Below are positions 47,930 through 56,206 of a stretch of 64,000 nucleotides of DNA, piece after piece. Position 1 is the stretch's first letter. Each line of letters begins with the position of its first letter. The stretch comes from an uncultured Oscillospiraceae bacterium (GTDB taxonomy: Bacteria; Bacillota; Clostridia; Acetivibrionales; DTU013): NCBI GenBank assembly GCA_964587755.1, contig CAZPMC010000006.1, positions 5,488 through 69,487 on the forward strand, written 5' to 3'. A model generated the notes under the pieces. It was not told where the DNA came from, made no database searches, and was given only the letters and a program-made list of their open reading frames with translations. The position numbers and the translations under genes were made by a program.

Positions 47930-48750
47930 CCCCACTAAAGAAGTTTGCAACACAAATACGAATAGAGCAGATTAAATGTATTAAGCATCGCGGCTTTGGA
48001 CATATAGGGGGCGCTTTGTCGGCAACCGACCTGATAGCGGCACTCTACGGCGGTATCATGCGAATTGATCCGAAGAATCCAGAATGGCAGGACAGGGACA
48101 GGTTTGTATGCTCCAAAGGCCATGCCGGGCCTGCATTGTATGCAGCACTGGCTTTGAAGGGTTATTTCCCGTTTGATTGGCTTCTGACACTGAACAGACC
48201 AGGGACAAAGCTTCCCAGTCACTGTGATATGAATCTTACACCGGGTATCGATATGACAACCGGCTCTCTTGGTCAGGGAGCATCGACTGCCGCAGGCATG
48301 GCACTTGCACTGAAAAACAGTAAATCGGACGCCCGGGTCTACTTGCTTCTTGGCGATGGCGAATGTAATGAGGGTCAGGTGTGGGAAATGGTTATGTTTG
48401 CTGCAGCCAAAAAAATAAATAATCTTATTGCCTTTGTAGACTATAACCACAAACAGTTAGATGGCAGGACTGAGGATATCATTGATTTAGGTGATTTAAA
48501 ATCAAAGTTTGAATCCTTCGGTTGGTTTACCCAGTCTGTGGATGGCAACGATCCGGATGTAATTTTTGAAGCCATAAACAAAGCCAAAGACGAGCAAGGT
48601 GACAGACCTGCGATGATAATATTGAACACAATAAAGGGTGCTGGAGTTCCTTCAATAGAGAAAATGGAATTTAATCACCACATAAATATGAGTCCGGAAT
48701 TCTCGGATGAAGCAATAGCACATCTTGAGAAATTGCTTGAGGAGGTGTAG
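47926..48750 (+). CDS. transketolase, N-terminal (ThDP-binding) subunit
   Basis: 274 aa. GHIGGALSATDLIAALY and GDGECNEGQVWE. ATGA overlap with pgk. Confidence 0.9.
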   Translation: MTPLKKFATQIRIEQIKCIKHRGFGHIGGALSATDLIAALYGGIMRIDPKNPEWQDRDRFVCSKGHAGPALYAALALKGYFPFDWLLTLNRPGTKLPSHCDMNLTPGIDMTTGSLGQGASTAAGMALALKNSKSDARVYLLLGDGECNEGQVWEMVMFAAAKKINNLIAFVDYNHKQLDGRTEDIIDLGDLKSKFESFGWFTQSVDGNDPDVIFEAINKAKDEQGDRPAMIILNTIKGAGVPSIEKMEFNHHINMSPEFSDEAIAHLEKLLEEV

Positions 48751-48752
48751 AG

Positions 48753-49709
48753 ATGTTTACAGTTATTTATAATGGTGAATATGAAAAGGTTCTATTGAGG
48801 GACGTTTTTGCAAGTACTATGGAAAAGCTGTTTAAGCTTGACGATCAGGTAGTGTATCTTGATGCAGATCTGATGAACGCTTTTTCTACCCTCCAGTTAT
48901 CTAAAGATTACCCTGAAAAGGCAATTGACTGTGGTGTGCAGGAAGCCAATATGATCGGTATCGCAGCCGGCATGTCGGCAGTGGGGAGAAAACCGTATGT
49001 TCATACATTTGCAGCCTTTGCGTCCAGGCGCTGTTTTGACCAGGTATTCTTATCCGTAGGGTATTCTAAGAACAGTGTCCGGATTATTGGTTCAGATGCA
49101 GGTGTTACTGCTGCATACAATGGCGGAACACATATGCCCTTCGAGGATGTAGCAATGTACAGGACTATTCCCGGTGCAGCCGTTTTTGATATTGTGGATT
49201 CAGTACAATTTGAAAATGTATTGATGAACACAAAGGACAGACCCGGAGTTACATATATCCGTACAATCCGAAAAAAAGCGGTGGGTGTGTATGGTCCCGG
49301 CAGTGAATTTGAAATAGGGAAAGCCAACGTATTGCGGGATGGTTCAGATGTGACTATCATTGCATGCGGAATCATGGTTGCTGAGGCTCTAAAGGCTGCC
49401 CAAATCCTTGAAGAGCAGGGCATATCTGCCGCAGTTATTGATATCGTTACCATTAAGCCCGTTGACGAGCAAACTGTCATAGAATATGCAAAAAAGACCG
49501 GTGCTGTCGTGACTGCTGAAAATGCAAATATTATAGGCGGGCTTGGCAGTGCGGTTGCGGAAGTAGTAAGCAGGAAGCAGCCCACTAAGATGGGGTTTGT
49601 AGGTATAAATGACCTGTACGGGGAAGTCGGGGAAGAGGAATACTTGAGACAGCGTTTTGAACTGACTCCCGAGAAAATCGTAAAGGTAGTAAAGGATACA
49701 GTTAAATAA
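48753..49709 (+). CDS. transketolase, C-terminal (pyrimidine-binding) subunit
   Basis: 318 aa. DCGVQEANMIGIAAG and the GGTHMPFEDVAMYR pattern. Starts 2 nt after the N-terminal subunit gene. Confidence 0.9.
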   Translation: MFTVIYNGEYEKVLLRDVFASTMEKLFKLDDQVVYLDADLMNAFSTLQLSKDYPEKAIDCGVQEANMIGIAAGMSAVGRKPYVHTFAAFASRRCFDQVFLSVGYSKNSVRIIGSDAGVTAAYNGGTHMPFEDVAMYRTIPGAAVFDIVDSVQFENVLMNTKDRPGVTYIRTIRKKAVGVYGPGSEFEIGKANVLRDGSDVTIIACGIMVAEALKAAQILEEQGISAAVIDIVTIKPVDEQTVIEYAKKTGAVVTAENANIIGGLGSAVAEVVSRKQPTKMGFVGINDLYGEVGEEEYLRQRFELTPEKIVKVVKDTVK

Positions 49710-49745
49710 TGCAGCAATTAAAATATCAGGATTGAGAGGTATACT

Positions 49746-50513
49746 ATGAGTACGTCACTTTTTGATTTAACCGGAAAGATGGCCTTGATAACAGGGTCAG
49801 GGCAAGGCCTTGGCTTTGTAATAGCAAGAGGATTGGGAAAAGCAGGCGCAACTATAGTTTTAAATGATATTGATAAGGATAAATTGGATAAAGCAGTTGA
49901 GATTTTGAGAAATGAAGGGATTGAAACCCACGGAAGCTTGTTCAATGTCACAAAGAAGGATGAAATCGAGAAGGAAGTCAGGTTCATTGAGGAGAAAATA
50001 GGGCCTATTGACATACTTTTCAACAATGCAGGGATACAGCGCAGAATTCCTTTGGAAGATTTCCCTGAATCCGACTGGGATGATATAATGGAGATAAACT
50101 TAAAAGGTGTTTTCCTGACAAGCCAGCAGGTTGTTAAGGGAATGATCTCGCGCAGAAGAGGCAAGATTGTAAATATTTGCTCACTTCAAAGCGAGCTGGG
50201 ACGTCAAACCATAGCACCCTATGCTGCATCTAAAGGCGGTGTAAAGATGCTGACCCGGGGGATGGCTGTTGACTGGGGCAAGCACAATATTCAGACTAAC
50301 GGAATAGGGCCAGGTTATTTTATTACTGAAATGACGCAGAAGCTGGCAGACGACCCGGAATTTGACGCGTGGCTTAAGGCAAGAACTCCGGCAGACCGCT
50401 GGGGATTTCCGGAAGAGCTGGTGGGCACTGCAATTTTCCTGTCCTCTGAAGCATCTAACTTTATTAACGGCCAGATTATTTATGTTGACGGGGGCATATT
50501 AGCTTCAATCTAA
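49746..50513 (+). CDS. SDR-family oxidoreductase, gluconate 5-dehydrogenase/KduD-like
   Basis: LFDLTGKMALITGSGQGLG, NNAG, YAASKGG and a C-terminal GQIIYVDGG. Confidence 0.8.
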   Translation: MSTSLFDLTGKMALITGSGQGLGFVIARGLGKAGATIVLNDIDKDKLDKAVEILRNEGIETHGSLFNVTKKDEIEKEVRFIEEKIGPIDILFNNAGIQRRIPLEDFPESDWDDIMEINLKGVFLTSQQVVKGMISRRRGKIVNICSLQSELGRQTIAPYAASKGGVKMLTRGMAVDWGKHNIQTNGIGPGYFITEMTQKLADDPEFDAWLKARTPADRWGFPEELVGTAIFLSSEASNFINGQIIYVDGGILASI

Positions 50514-50529
50514 GGAGAAGTTCGGTTAA

Positions 50530-51108
50530 ATGACAGCTATAATATTGGCGGCAGGTTTTTCAAAGCGATTTAGGGGAAATAAACTGCTTGCCAAAATTAA
50601 TGGAAAACCCATAATTTCACGAGTTGTTGAAACTGTTCAGAAATGCGGCTTCGAGGAGATTATCCTTGTAAGCCGTTCTTCTGATGTAAAAGAGTTTTTT
50701 AAAGACGCAGATATAAAGGTCGTAATTAATGACAATGCGGCACTTGGAATCAGCACGTCCATAAAATGCGGTATTAGAAATGCCAGGTCTTCGGATTCAT
50801 TTATGTTTTTTGCGGCAGACCAACCCTTTATAGATGAAAAAACTGTTAAAGCATTGTTAGGAGCCTATAAAAACAAGAAGGGTTCTATAATAGTACCCAA
50901 ATACAATGGCGTCAACGGTAACCCTGTTATTTTTGCAGGACGTTGGAAGACAGAGCTTCTAATGTTGACAGGTGATATTGGAGGAAGGGCTATAATAAAA
51001 GCAAATCCTGATAAGGTTCATTATGTGCAGATAGATAATGAGGCTGCAGGAATAGATATAGATACAAGGGATGATTACAGGCTTAACAAAAACAGAGAAA
51101 ACAGCTAG
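50530..51108 (+). CDS. MobA-like nucleotidyltransferase, probable molybdenum cofactor cytidylyltransferase (MocA/YgfJ-like)
   Basis: 192 aa. The N-terminal AIILAAGFSKRFRGNKLL is typical of MobA/MocA NTP-transferases. Confidence 0.72.
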   Translation: MTAIILAAGFSKRFRGNKLLAKINGKPIISRVVETVQKCGFEEIILVSRSSDVKEFFKDADIKVVINDNAALGISTSIKCGIRNARSSDSFMFFAADQPFIDEKTVKALLGAYKNKKGSIIVPKYNGVNGNPVIFAGRWKTELLMLTGDIGGRAIIKANPDKVHYVQIDNEAAGIDIDTRDDYRLNKNRENS

Positions 51109-51113
51109 ATTTA

Positions 51114-51845
51114 TCAGTGAAATACAGCCTTATCAAGCACTTGCCCGATAGGCTCCTTTATAATCAGGTCAGCCCTGTCATCATAAGCGGTGGAAGATTT
51201 GTTGATTAATACAAGCCTGCTGCCTTTGTAATAATTTATAAGACCGGCTGCAGGATATACTGCAAGGGATGTTCCGCCTACAATGAGAGTGTCGGCTTTT
51301 ATTATATATTCTATAGCCTTACTCAAAATATCGTTGTCTAAAGCTTCTTCATAAAGAGTTACGTCAGGCCGGACAATATTTGTGCATTTATCACACTTAG
51401 GAACCGTATCGGCAGAATTTATAATATAGGACAAATCAAACTTTTTTCCACAACCTGTACAGTAATTTCTATGCACTGAGCCGTGGAGCTCAAATACATT
51501 TACGCTTCCGGCTAATTGGTGCAGTCCGTCTATATTTTGGGTTATCACGGCTTTAAGTGAGCCCCTCTCTTCAAGTGCGGACAGTGCTATATGAGCTTTA
51601 TTGGGTTTAGCATCTAAAAAAATCATATTATTTTTATAAAAATCAAAAAATTCCTCAGGATGGCTGACAAAAAAGGAATGACTAAGCATCACCTCAGGAG
51701 GATAGCCAAATTTTTTTATGGTTTTATAAATGCCGTCCTCACTTCTGAAATCAGGTATGCTGCTTTCTGTTGAAACACCTGCTCCGCCGAAAAATACGAT
51801 ATTTTGGGATTGGGCCAAAATATTTTTAAGCTTATCGATGCTCAA
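51114..51845 (-). CDS. cobB: NAD-dependent protein deacylase (Sir2 family)
   Basis: 243 aa. FFGGAGVSTESSIPDFRS, QNIDGLH and a zinc ribbon CTGCGKKF...CDKC. Confidence 0.9.
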   Translation of the reverse strand: MSIDKLKNILAQSQNIVFFGGAGVSTESSIPDFRSEDGIYKTIKKFGYPPEVMLSHSFFVSHPEEFFDFYKNNMIFLDAKPNKAHIALSALEERGSLKAVITQNIDGLHQLAGSVNVFELHGSVHRNYCTGCGKKFDLSYIINSADTVPKCDKCTNIVRPDVTLYEEALDNDILSKAIEYIIKADTLIVGGTSLAVYPAAGLINYYKGSRLVLINKSSTAYDDRADLIIKEPIGQVLDKAVFH

Positions 51846-51847
51846 AA

Positions 51848-52654
51848 TTAATCACCTGCTTCGTTTATATATTTATCAATAGCATATGCTACTCCGTCTT
51901 CATCACATGACTTTGTTACAAAGTCTGCTCTTTTCCTCACTAAAGCATGAGCGTTTTCCATGGCGACACCTAAGCCTGCGTATTCAATCATAGGCAAATC
52001 ATTTAAACCGTCACCAATGGCAATCATCTCTTCAGAGCTTATGTTGTAATACTGACCCAGCCTCTCCAAAGCTTGAGCCTTTGATACATTTTTGTCTACA
52101 AACTCCAAAAAGTAGGGCTGTGACGTATGAAAATTAATGCCCTGGCCAAGGTTATCGTGTAAAATAGGCTGGTACCTGGCGATGTTTTCAGCTTCATCAT
52201 ACCATAAAATCTTTGTTATACCGTTTTGAATGACTGCTTCTTCATTTTCTAATAATATTGGCTCAACACCAGATAAGCTCTTGTATTTTTCTGTTCTCTC
52301 ATTAAACTCGCTTACATACAGCTTGTTGTTTGACCAGACCATTACCGTTGGAGTAAAGCGCTTTGCCCAATAAAGAATACTTCTAGCATCCTCGGCACAA
52401 AGACATTGCTGGTATATTACCTGTCTTGACTTTCCCTTAACAATCATAGCACCGTTGTAGGTGATAAAAGGGGCATCCAAACCTAATATTTCGTTGTAGC
52501 GCTCAACGCCCTGAATGGGCCTGCCGGTTGAAACTGTAAACAATACACCCTTTTCAACAGCCCGCCTGATGGAAAAAACCGTCTTTTTTGTAATGATTCC
52601 CTGAGAGTTTAAAAGTGTCCCGTCCATATCTACAGCTATCAATTTGTATTCCAT
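51848..52654 (-). CDS. Cof-type HAD-IIB phosphatase (paralog A)
   Basis: MEYKLIAVDMDGTLLNS with the DxD motif, and GDGLNDLPMIEYAGLGVAMENA. GGAG precedes the ATG at 52654. The 369-aa ORF-track version extends upstream over the divergent promoter. Confidence 0.88.
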   Translation of the reverse strand: MEYKLIAVDMDGTLLNSQGIITKKTVFSIRRAVEKGVLFTVSTGRPIQGVERYNEILGLDAPFITYNGAMIVKGKSRQVIYQQCLCAEDARSILYWAKRFTPTVMVWSNNKLYVSEFNERTEKYKSLSGVEPILLENEEAVIQNGITKILWYDEAENIARYQPILHDNLGQGINFHTSQPYFLEFVDKNVSKAQALERLGQYYNISSEEMIAIGDGLNDLPMIEYAGLGVAMENAHALVRKRADFVTKSCDEDGVAYAIDKYINEAGD

Positions 52655-52796
52655 AGTATTCTCCGTATATTTATGTATAAATTTTAATGTTACCTTAAGT
52701 ATAGCATAGATATGGCGTAACCGTTTTATATTATTTTCCATGCTTTTGTAATTTTGTACATATTTTTGCCTGCCCCGAAAGATTAACATAATGTTA

Positions 52797-52812
52797 TGAA
52801 ATACGTGTTTCA
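52797..52812. promoter_or_regulatory. 16-bp near-palindrome TGAAATACGTGTTTCA upstream of the sugar-binding protein gene
   Basis: 7 of 8 positions are symmetric around a central CG. Lies about 35 nt upstream of the start codon. Confidence 0.35.
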
Positions 52813-52847
52813 TTTGAAATTGAAAATTAGAACGGGAGGAAAATGTT

Positions 52848-54236
52848 ATGTCAAGAAAAATAAGAGTTTTGGCTCTTGTACTGGCGCTTATTTTCGCAGT
52901 AGGAATTCTTGGTGGTTGCGGCGCAGGCAAAAATGACAAGACAGATGATAAAGGCACTCAAAGTACACCCGATGAAAAAATTGAACTATCTATGCTGTAT
53001 TGGGCAGATGATGTACAAAAAAAGCTGGTAACAAAAGCGTGCGAGGATTATGAGAAAGAAACCGGCATAAAGATAAATGCCGAGGCGTTACCAGCAGACG
53101 AAACCTTTGAAGCATACATACAGACACGTAAAGAGTCCAATACTCTGCCTGATGTAAGCTACATGGGAGAGACCGACATTGTTAAGTATAATGCAATGGG
53201 TATATTGGCGGATATAAGTGATTTATTTGAAGAAGGTAAAATTAACGAAAAGCTTGGTGCTGTTACTATTAAGAGCAGCGATGGAAAGATAATAGGCGTT
53301 GGCCTTTCAAACCAGTTGGTTCTTCTATACTACAATAAAGATATGTTTGATGCTGCAGGACTGGAAGCACCACCAAGCAGGGTTGAGGATGCATGGAGCT
53401 GGGATGAGTTTGTTGAGATTACAAAGAAGCTGACAGTTGATACAGAAGGGAAAAATGCTACAGAAGCAGGCTTCAATCCTAAGAAAATTAAAACATACGG
53501 TATTGGCTTCAACTGTCTTCGTGAATTCCACCAGTTCTGGAGCTTGTATGCCAACGGCGGCGGAGTTGTATCCCCCGACGGAAGCCAGTTCCTCTGGGAT
53601 AGTCCTAAATCCGTTGAAGGTCTTCAGAACCTTATCGACCTAATACATAAGCACAATGTTGCCAGCCAGGCTCTTTACACTTGGCAGTCTTCCATCGGAA
53701 GTGTTGCTGATGCTTTAGGCGGTGGTGGATACGCAATGTACACCAATGGTTCTTGGGATTTGGCTAATCTTCCTAATATTGAAGGAATAAATGTGGGTGT
53801 GGGTGTACTGCCGAAAATGGCAAAGGCTTCGACTATGAACTGTGGTGGACCAATGGTAGTATACAATACCTCTAAGCATCTTGCGGAGGCTAAGGCTTTC
53901 TACGCATATATGGTAGATCCTGAGAAAAACCTGGATATTATAAAGACCGGTGCATGGCTGCCCAATGAAGCAGCATGGTACACTGATGAAGCTCTGATAG
54001 CAAAATGGACTGCCGATCTGCCCAAAACAGCGGTAGAAGCAATACTCAGCTATTCAAACACAGAGGGCTCTATTGCTCAGTGGCCGGCCTATTACGTTCC
54101 TGCATACAACAAGATGGGTACCGAATATGAAAAATACATTGATCAAGCCTTGACCGGTGAGAAGACTGTTCAGGAGGTCTTTGATGAGTGTATGCCGACA
54201 ATAAAAGCTCATTTTGAAAGCGGTACCGTAGATTAA
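52848..54236 (+). CDS. CUT1-type ABC sugar-binding lipoprotein (solute-binding protein family 1)
   Basis: 462 aa. Lipobox ILGGCGA and a fold typical of oligosaccharide-binding proteins. Confidence 0.85.
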   Translation: MSRKIRVLALVLALIFAVGILGGCGAGKNDKTDDKGTQSTPDEKIELSMLYWADDVQKKLVTKACEDYEKETGIKINAEALPADETFEAYIQTRKESNTLPDVSYMGETDIVKYNAMGILADISDLFEEGKINEKLGAVTIKSSDGKIIGVGLSNQLVLLYYNKDMFDAAGLEAPPSRVEDAWSWDEFVEITKKLTVDTEGKNATEAGFNPKKIKTYGIGFNCLREFHQFWSLYANGGGVVSPDGSQFLWDSPKSVEGLQNLIDLIHKHNVASQALYTWQSSIGSVADALGGGGYAMYTNGSWDLANLPNIEGINVGVGVLPKMAKASTMNCGGPMVVYNTSKHLAEAKAFYAYMVDPEKNLDIIKTGAWLPNEAAWYTDEALIAKWTADLPKTAVEAILSYSNTEGSIAQWPAYYVPAYNKMGTEYEKYIDQALTGEKTVQEVFDECMPTIKAHFESGTVD

Positions 54237-54250
54237 TGTTGAGCCTCGGT

Positions 54251-54283
54251 AAAATACCGTTCTCAAATCGGGAACGGTATTTT
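54251..54283 (+). other. perfect intercistronic hairpin after the binding-protein gene
   Basis: AAAATACCGTTC-N9-GAACGGTATTTT (12-bp stem) lies between the binding-protein and permease genes. Confidence 0.6.
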
Positions 54284-54309
54284 ATCAAATACAGGGGAGG
54301 AATTTTAGA

Positions 54310-55254
54310 ATGAACAAGTTGAGAATAAAGCACAGCAAAAGGCTCCGAAAAGAATATCTGGCAGGATATTTATTTGCTTCCCCGGCGATTATCGGCTTTA
54401 TTGCATTGACACTGTATCCCATGCTGGCCAGTCTTTATTACAGCTTTAATAAAATAGGTCTGCAAGGGGACATACAATGGATAGGGTTGGACAATTTTAT
54501 CTTTATGCTGACCGATCCCACATCAGAGTTCAAAAAGTCGATAGCGGTTACTCTTATATATGCCGGTATAAATGTTGTATTGGTAATTGGCTGGTGCCTC
54601 GGTATTTCTCTTTTGCTTAACAGGGATTTTTACGGAAGAAATACACTTCGGGCAATATTTTACCTTCCATCTGTAATTCCTGTATTAGCCACAGCAATAC
54701 TTTGGAAAGTGATTTTACAAAACCAGGCTCAGGGCGGTTTAGTCAATCAGCTCTTACTTGCCTTAAATATGGAAACAGTTGAATGGCTTACCGATACAAA
54801 GATGATTTTTGTAACATTATTTATTATGAGCCTTTGGACTTGTGGCGGTACAATAGTTGTATTCCTGGCAACTCTTCAGGATGTGCCGGAAGAGCTGCTT
54901 GAATCGGTTGCTATAGATGGCGGCAATGCATGGCATAAGTTCAGGGCAGTTGTCTTTCCTACAATTGAGCCTGTACTGTTTTTTCAGTCCCTGATTTGTA
55001 TGATGACATCTGTTCAGATATTTACCCAAAGCGTCGCATTGTCATCTAACGGTGGGCCAAACCGTATGACTTATTTTATTAATGTTATGATATATGACCA
55101 TGCTTTTAAAAAAGTCGGCAGCAGGGGACTAGCATCAGCTGAAGCGTGGGCTGTATTTATTGTCATTCTTTTGCTTACCGCTGTCATGTTTATGCTTCAA
55201 AGCTTTTTCAGCCCCCATCGGGAAAAGCGCATATACAGAAGGAGGGTTAAGTAA
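54310..55254 (+). CDS. carbohydrate ABC permease (MalF/UgpA-like)
   Basis: 314 aa, 6 TM. Has an EAA-loop region with a DGGNAWHKFRAVVFP-like motif. Confidence 0.88.
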   Translation: MNKLRIKHSKRLRKEYLAGYLFASPAIIGFIALTLYPMLASLYYSFNKIGLQGDIQWIGLDNFIFMLTDPTSEFKKSIAVTLIYAGINVVLVIGWCLGISLLLNRDFYGRNTLRAIFYLPSVIPVLATAILWKVILQNQAQGGLVNQLLLALNMETVEWLTDTKMIFVTLFIMSLWTCGGTIVVFLATLQDVPEELLESVAIDGGNAWHKFRAVVFPTIEPVLFFQSLICMMTSVQIFTQSVALSSNGGPNRMTYFINVMIYDHAFKKVGSRGLASAEAWAVFIVILLLTAVMFMLQSFFSPHREKRIYRRRVK

Positions 55255-56108
55255 TGAATGAAACAGTTTCGAAGGACAGAGGGAAGGTTATTAATATTTT
55301 ATTGATAACACTTGTTACCGTATTAGGAATTCTTGTGGCATTTCCACTGTATTGGCTTATAAGAAGCTCCCTGGTCAGCAAGCCTGAATTTCTGGCAAGG
55401 CCGCCGGTTTGGATACCAAGCCGTTTAATGTTTTCAAATTTTTCAAAAGCAATTGAAAGAATAGATTTCCCGGTACAGTTGTGGAATTCCATTTCAATTG
55501 TAGTGCCTTACGTTGTAGGAAACGTTATTACTACAAGCTTTGCCGGGTATGCCTTTGCAAGGCTGCGTTTTCCTTTAAAAAAAATGTGGTATCTGCTTGT
55601 AATAAGCACAATGATGCTGCCAAGCGCTGTGACGTTAATACCGCAGTATATGATGTACAGCAGCCTGAAACTTGTAGGGACGAAGCTTCCATTGATTTTG
55701 CCTGCTTTTTTATGTGCAGGAGGCAATGCCTATTTTGTTTTTCTGCTTAGTAAATTTTTTAATACTATTCCCAAGGAATTGGATGAGGCTGCATGTATTG
55801 ATGGTGCCGGCTATTTTAGAACATATTTTGAAATATTGCTTCCTTTAATCCGCCCGGCTTTGATAGTTGTAGCTCTCTTCAGCTTTATTAATTGCTGGAA
55901 TGAGTTTTTCTACACACTTATCTATCTGCAGGGAGAGAAAATGTACACATTGACTCTCGGGCTGTATACAGTCAATGGACTTAGAATACCTAACTACGAG
56001 CAGGTTATGGCTTTAACGGTAATTATCGTACTTCCTTGTCTTATATTATTTATGATAGGTAACAAATATTTTATAAAGGGGATAGCCCTGACAGGAATAA
56101 AGGGATAA
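55254..56108 (+). CDS. carbohydrate ABC permease (MalG/UgpE-like)
   Basis: 284 aa. EAA motif DEAACIDGAGYFRTYFEILLPLIRPAL. The start overlaps the upstream stop. Confidence 0.88.
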   Translation: MNETVSKDRGKVINILLITLVTVLGILVAFPLYWLIRSSLVSKPEFLARPPVWIPSRLMFSNFSKAIERIDFPVQLWNSISIVVPYVVGNVITTSFAGYAFARLRFPLKKMWYLLVISTMMLPSAVTLIPQYMMYSSLKLVGTKLPLILPAFLCAGGNAYFVFLLSKFFNTIPKELDEAACIDGAGYFRTYFEILLPLIRPALIVVALFSFINCWNEFFYTLIYLQGEKMYTLTLGLYTVNGLRIPNYEQVMALTVIIVLPCLILFMIGNKYFIKGIALTGIKG

Positions 56109-56206
56109 GAGATTTAGCGACAAAGGTTCAGACGAGATTGTTTGGAGTAGTAAAAAGAGGTAAAATGGAACTATACGGGCTTTCTATTTTACAAGGAGAT
56201 AATAGG

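Noticed and set aside
49001-49717. Long antisense ORFs opposite well-supported genes. Examples are 49001-49717 (-, 238 aa), 31995-32618 (+, 207 aa), 46298-46867 (-, 189 aa), 47935-48450 (-), 1665-2171 (-), 37311-37748 (-) and 17300-17785 (-).
   Set aside because: Each lies fully inside a CDS with clear family motifs on the other strand. Their translations are low-complexity (Ser/Pro/Ile/Phe-rich) with no motifs or RBS. They are typical shadow ORFs.
52797-52812. Calling the palindrome a canonical CcpA cre site.
   Set aside because: The TG-to-CG spacing is one nucleotide longer per half-site than the cre consensus. It is kept only as an unassigned operator candidate.
52655-52957. N-terminal extension of the Cof phosphatase ORF (369-aa version), overlapping the start of the divergent sugar-binding protein gene.
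   Set aside because: The HAD DxD motif begins 8 residues after the internal Met at 52654, which has its own RBS. The paralog at 60987-61802 starts at the equivalent position. The extension covers an AT-rich promoter region.
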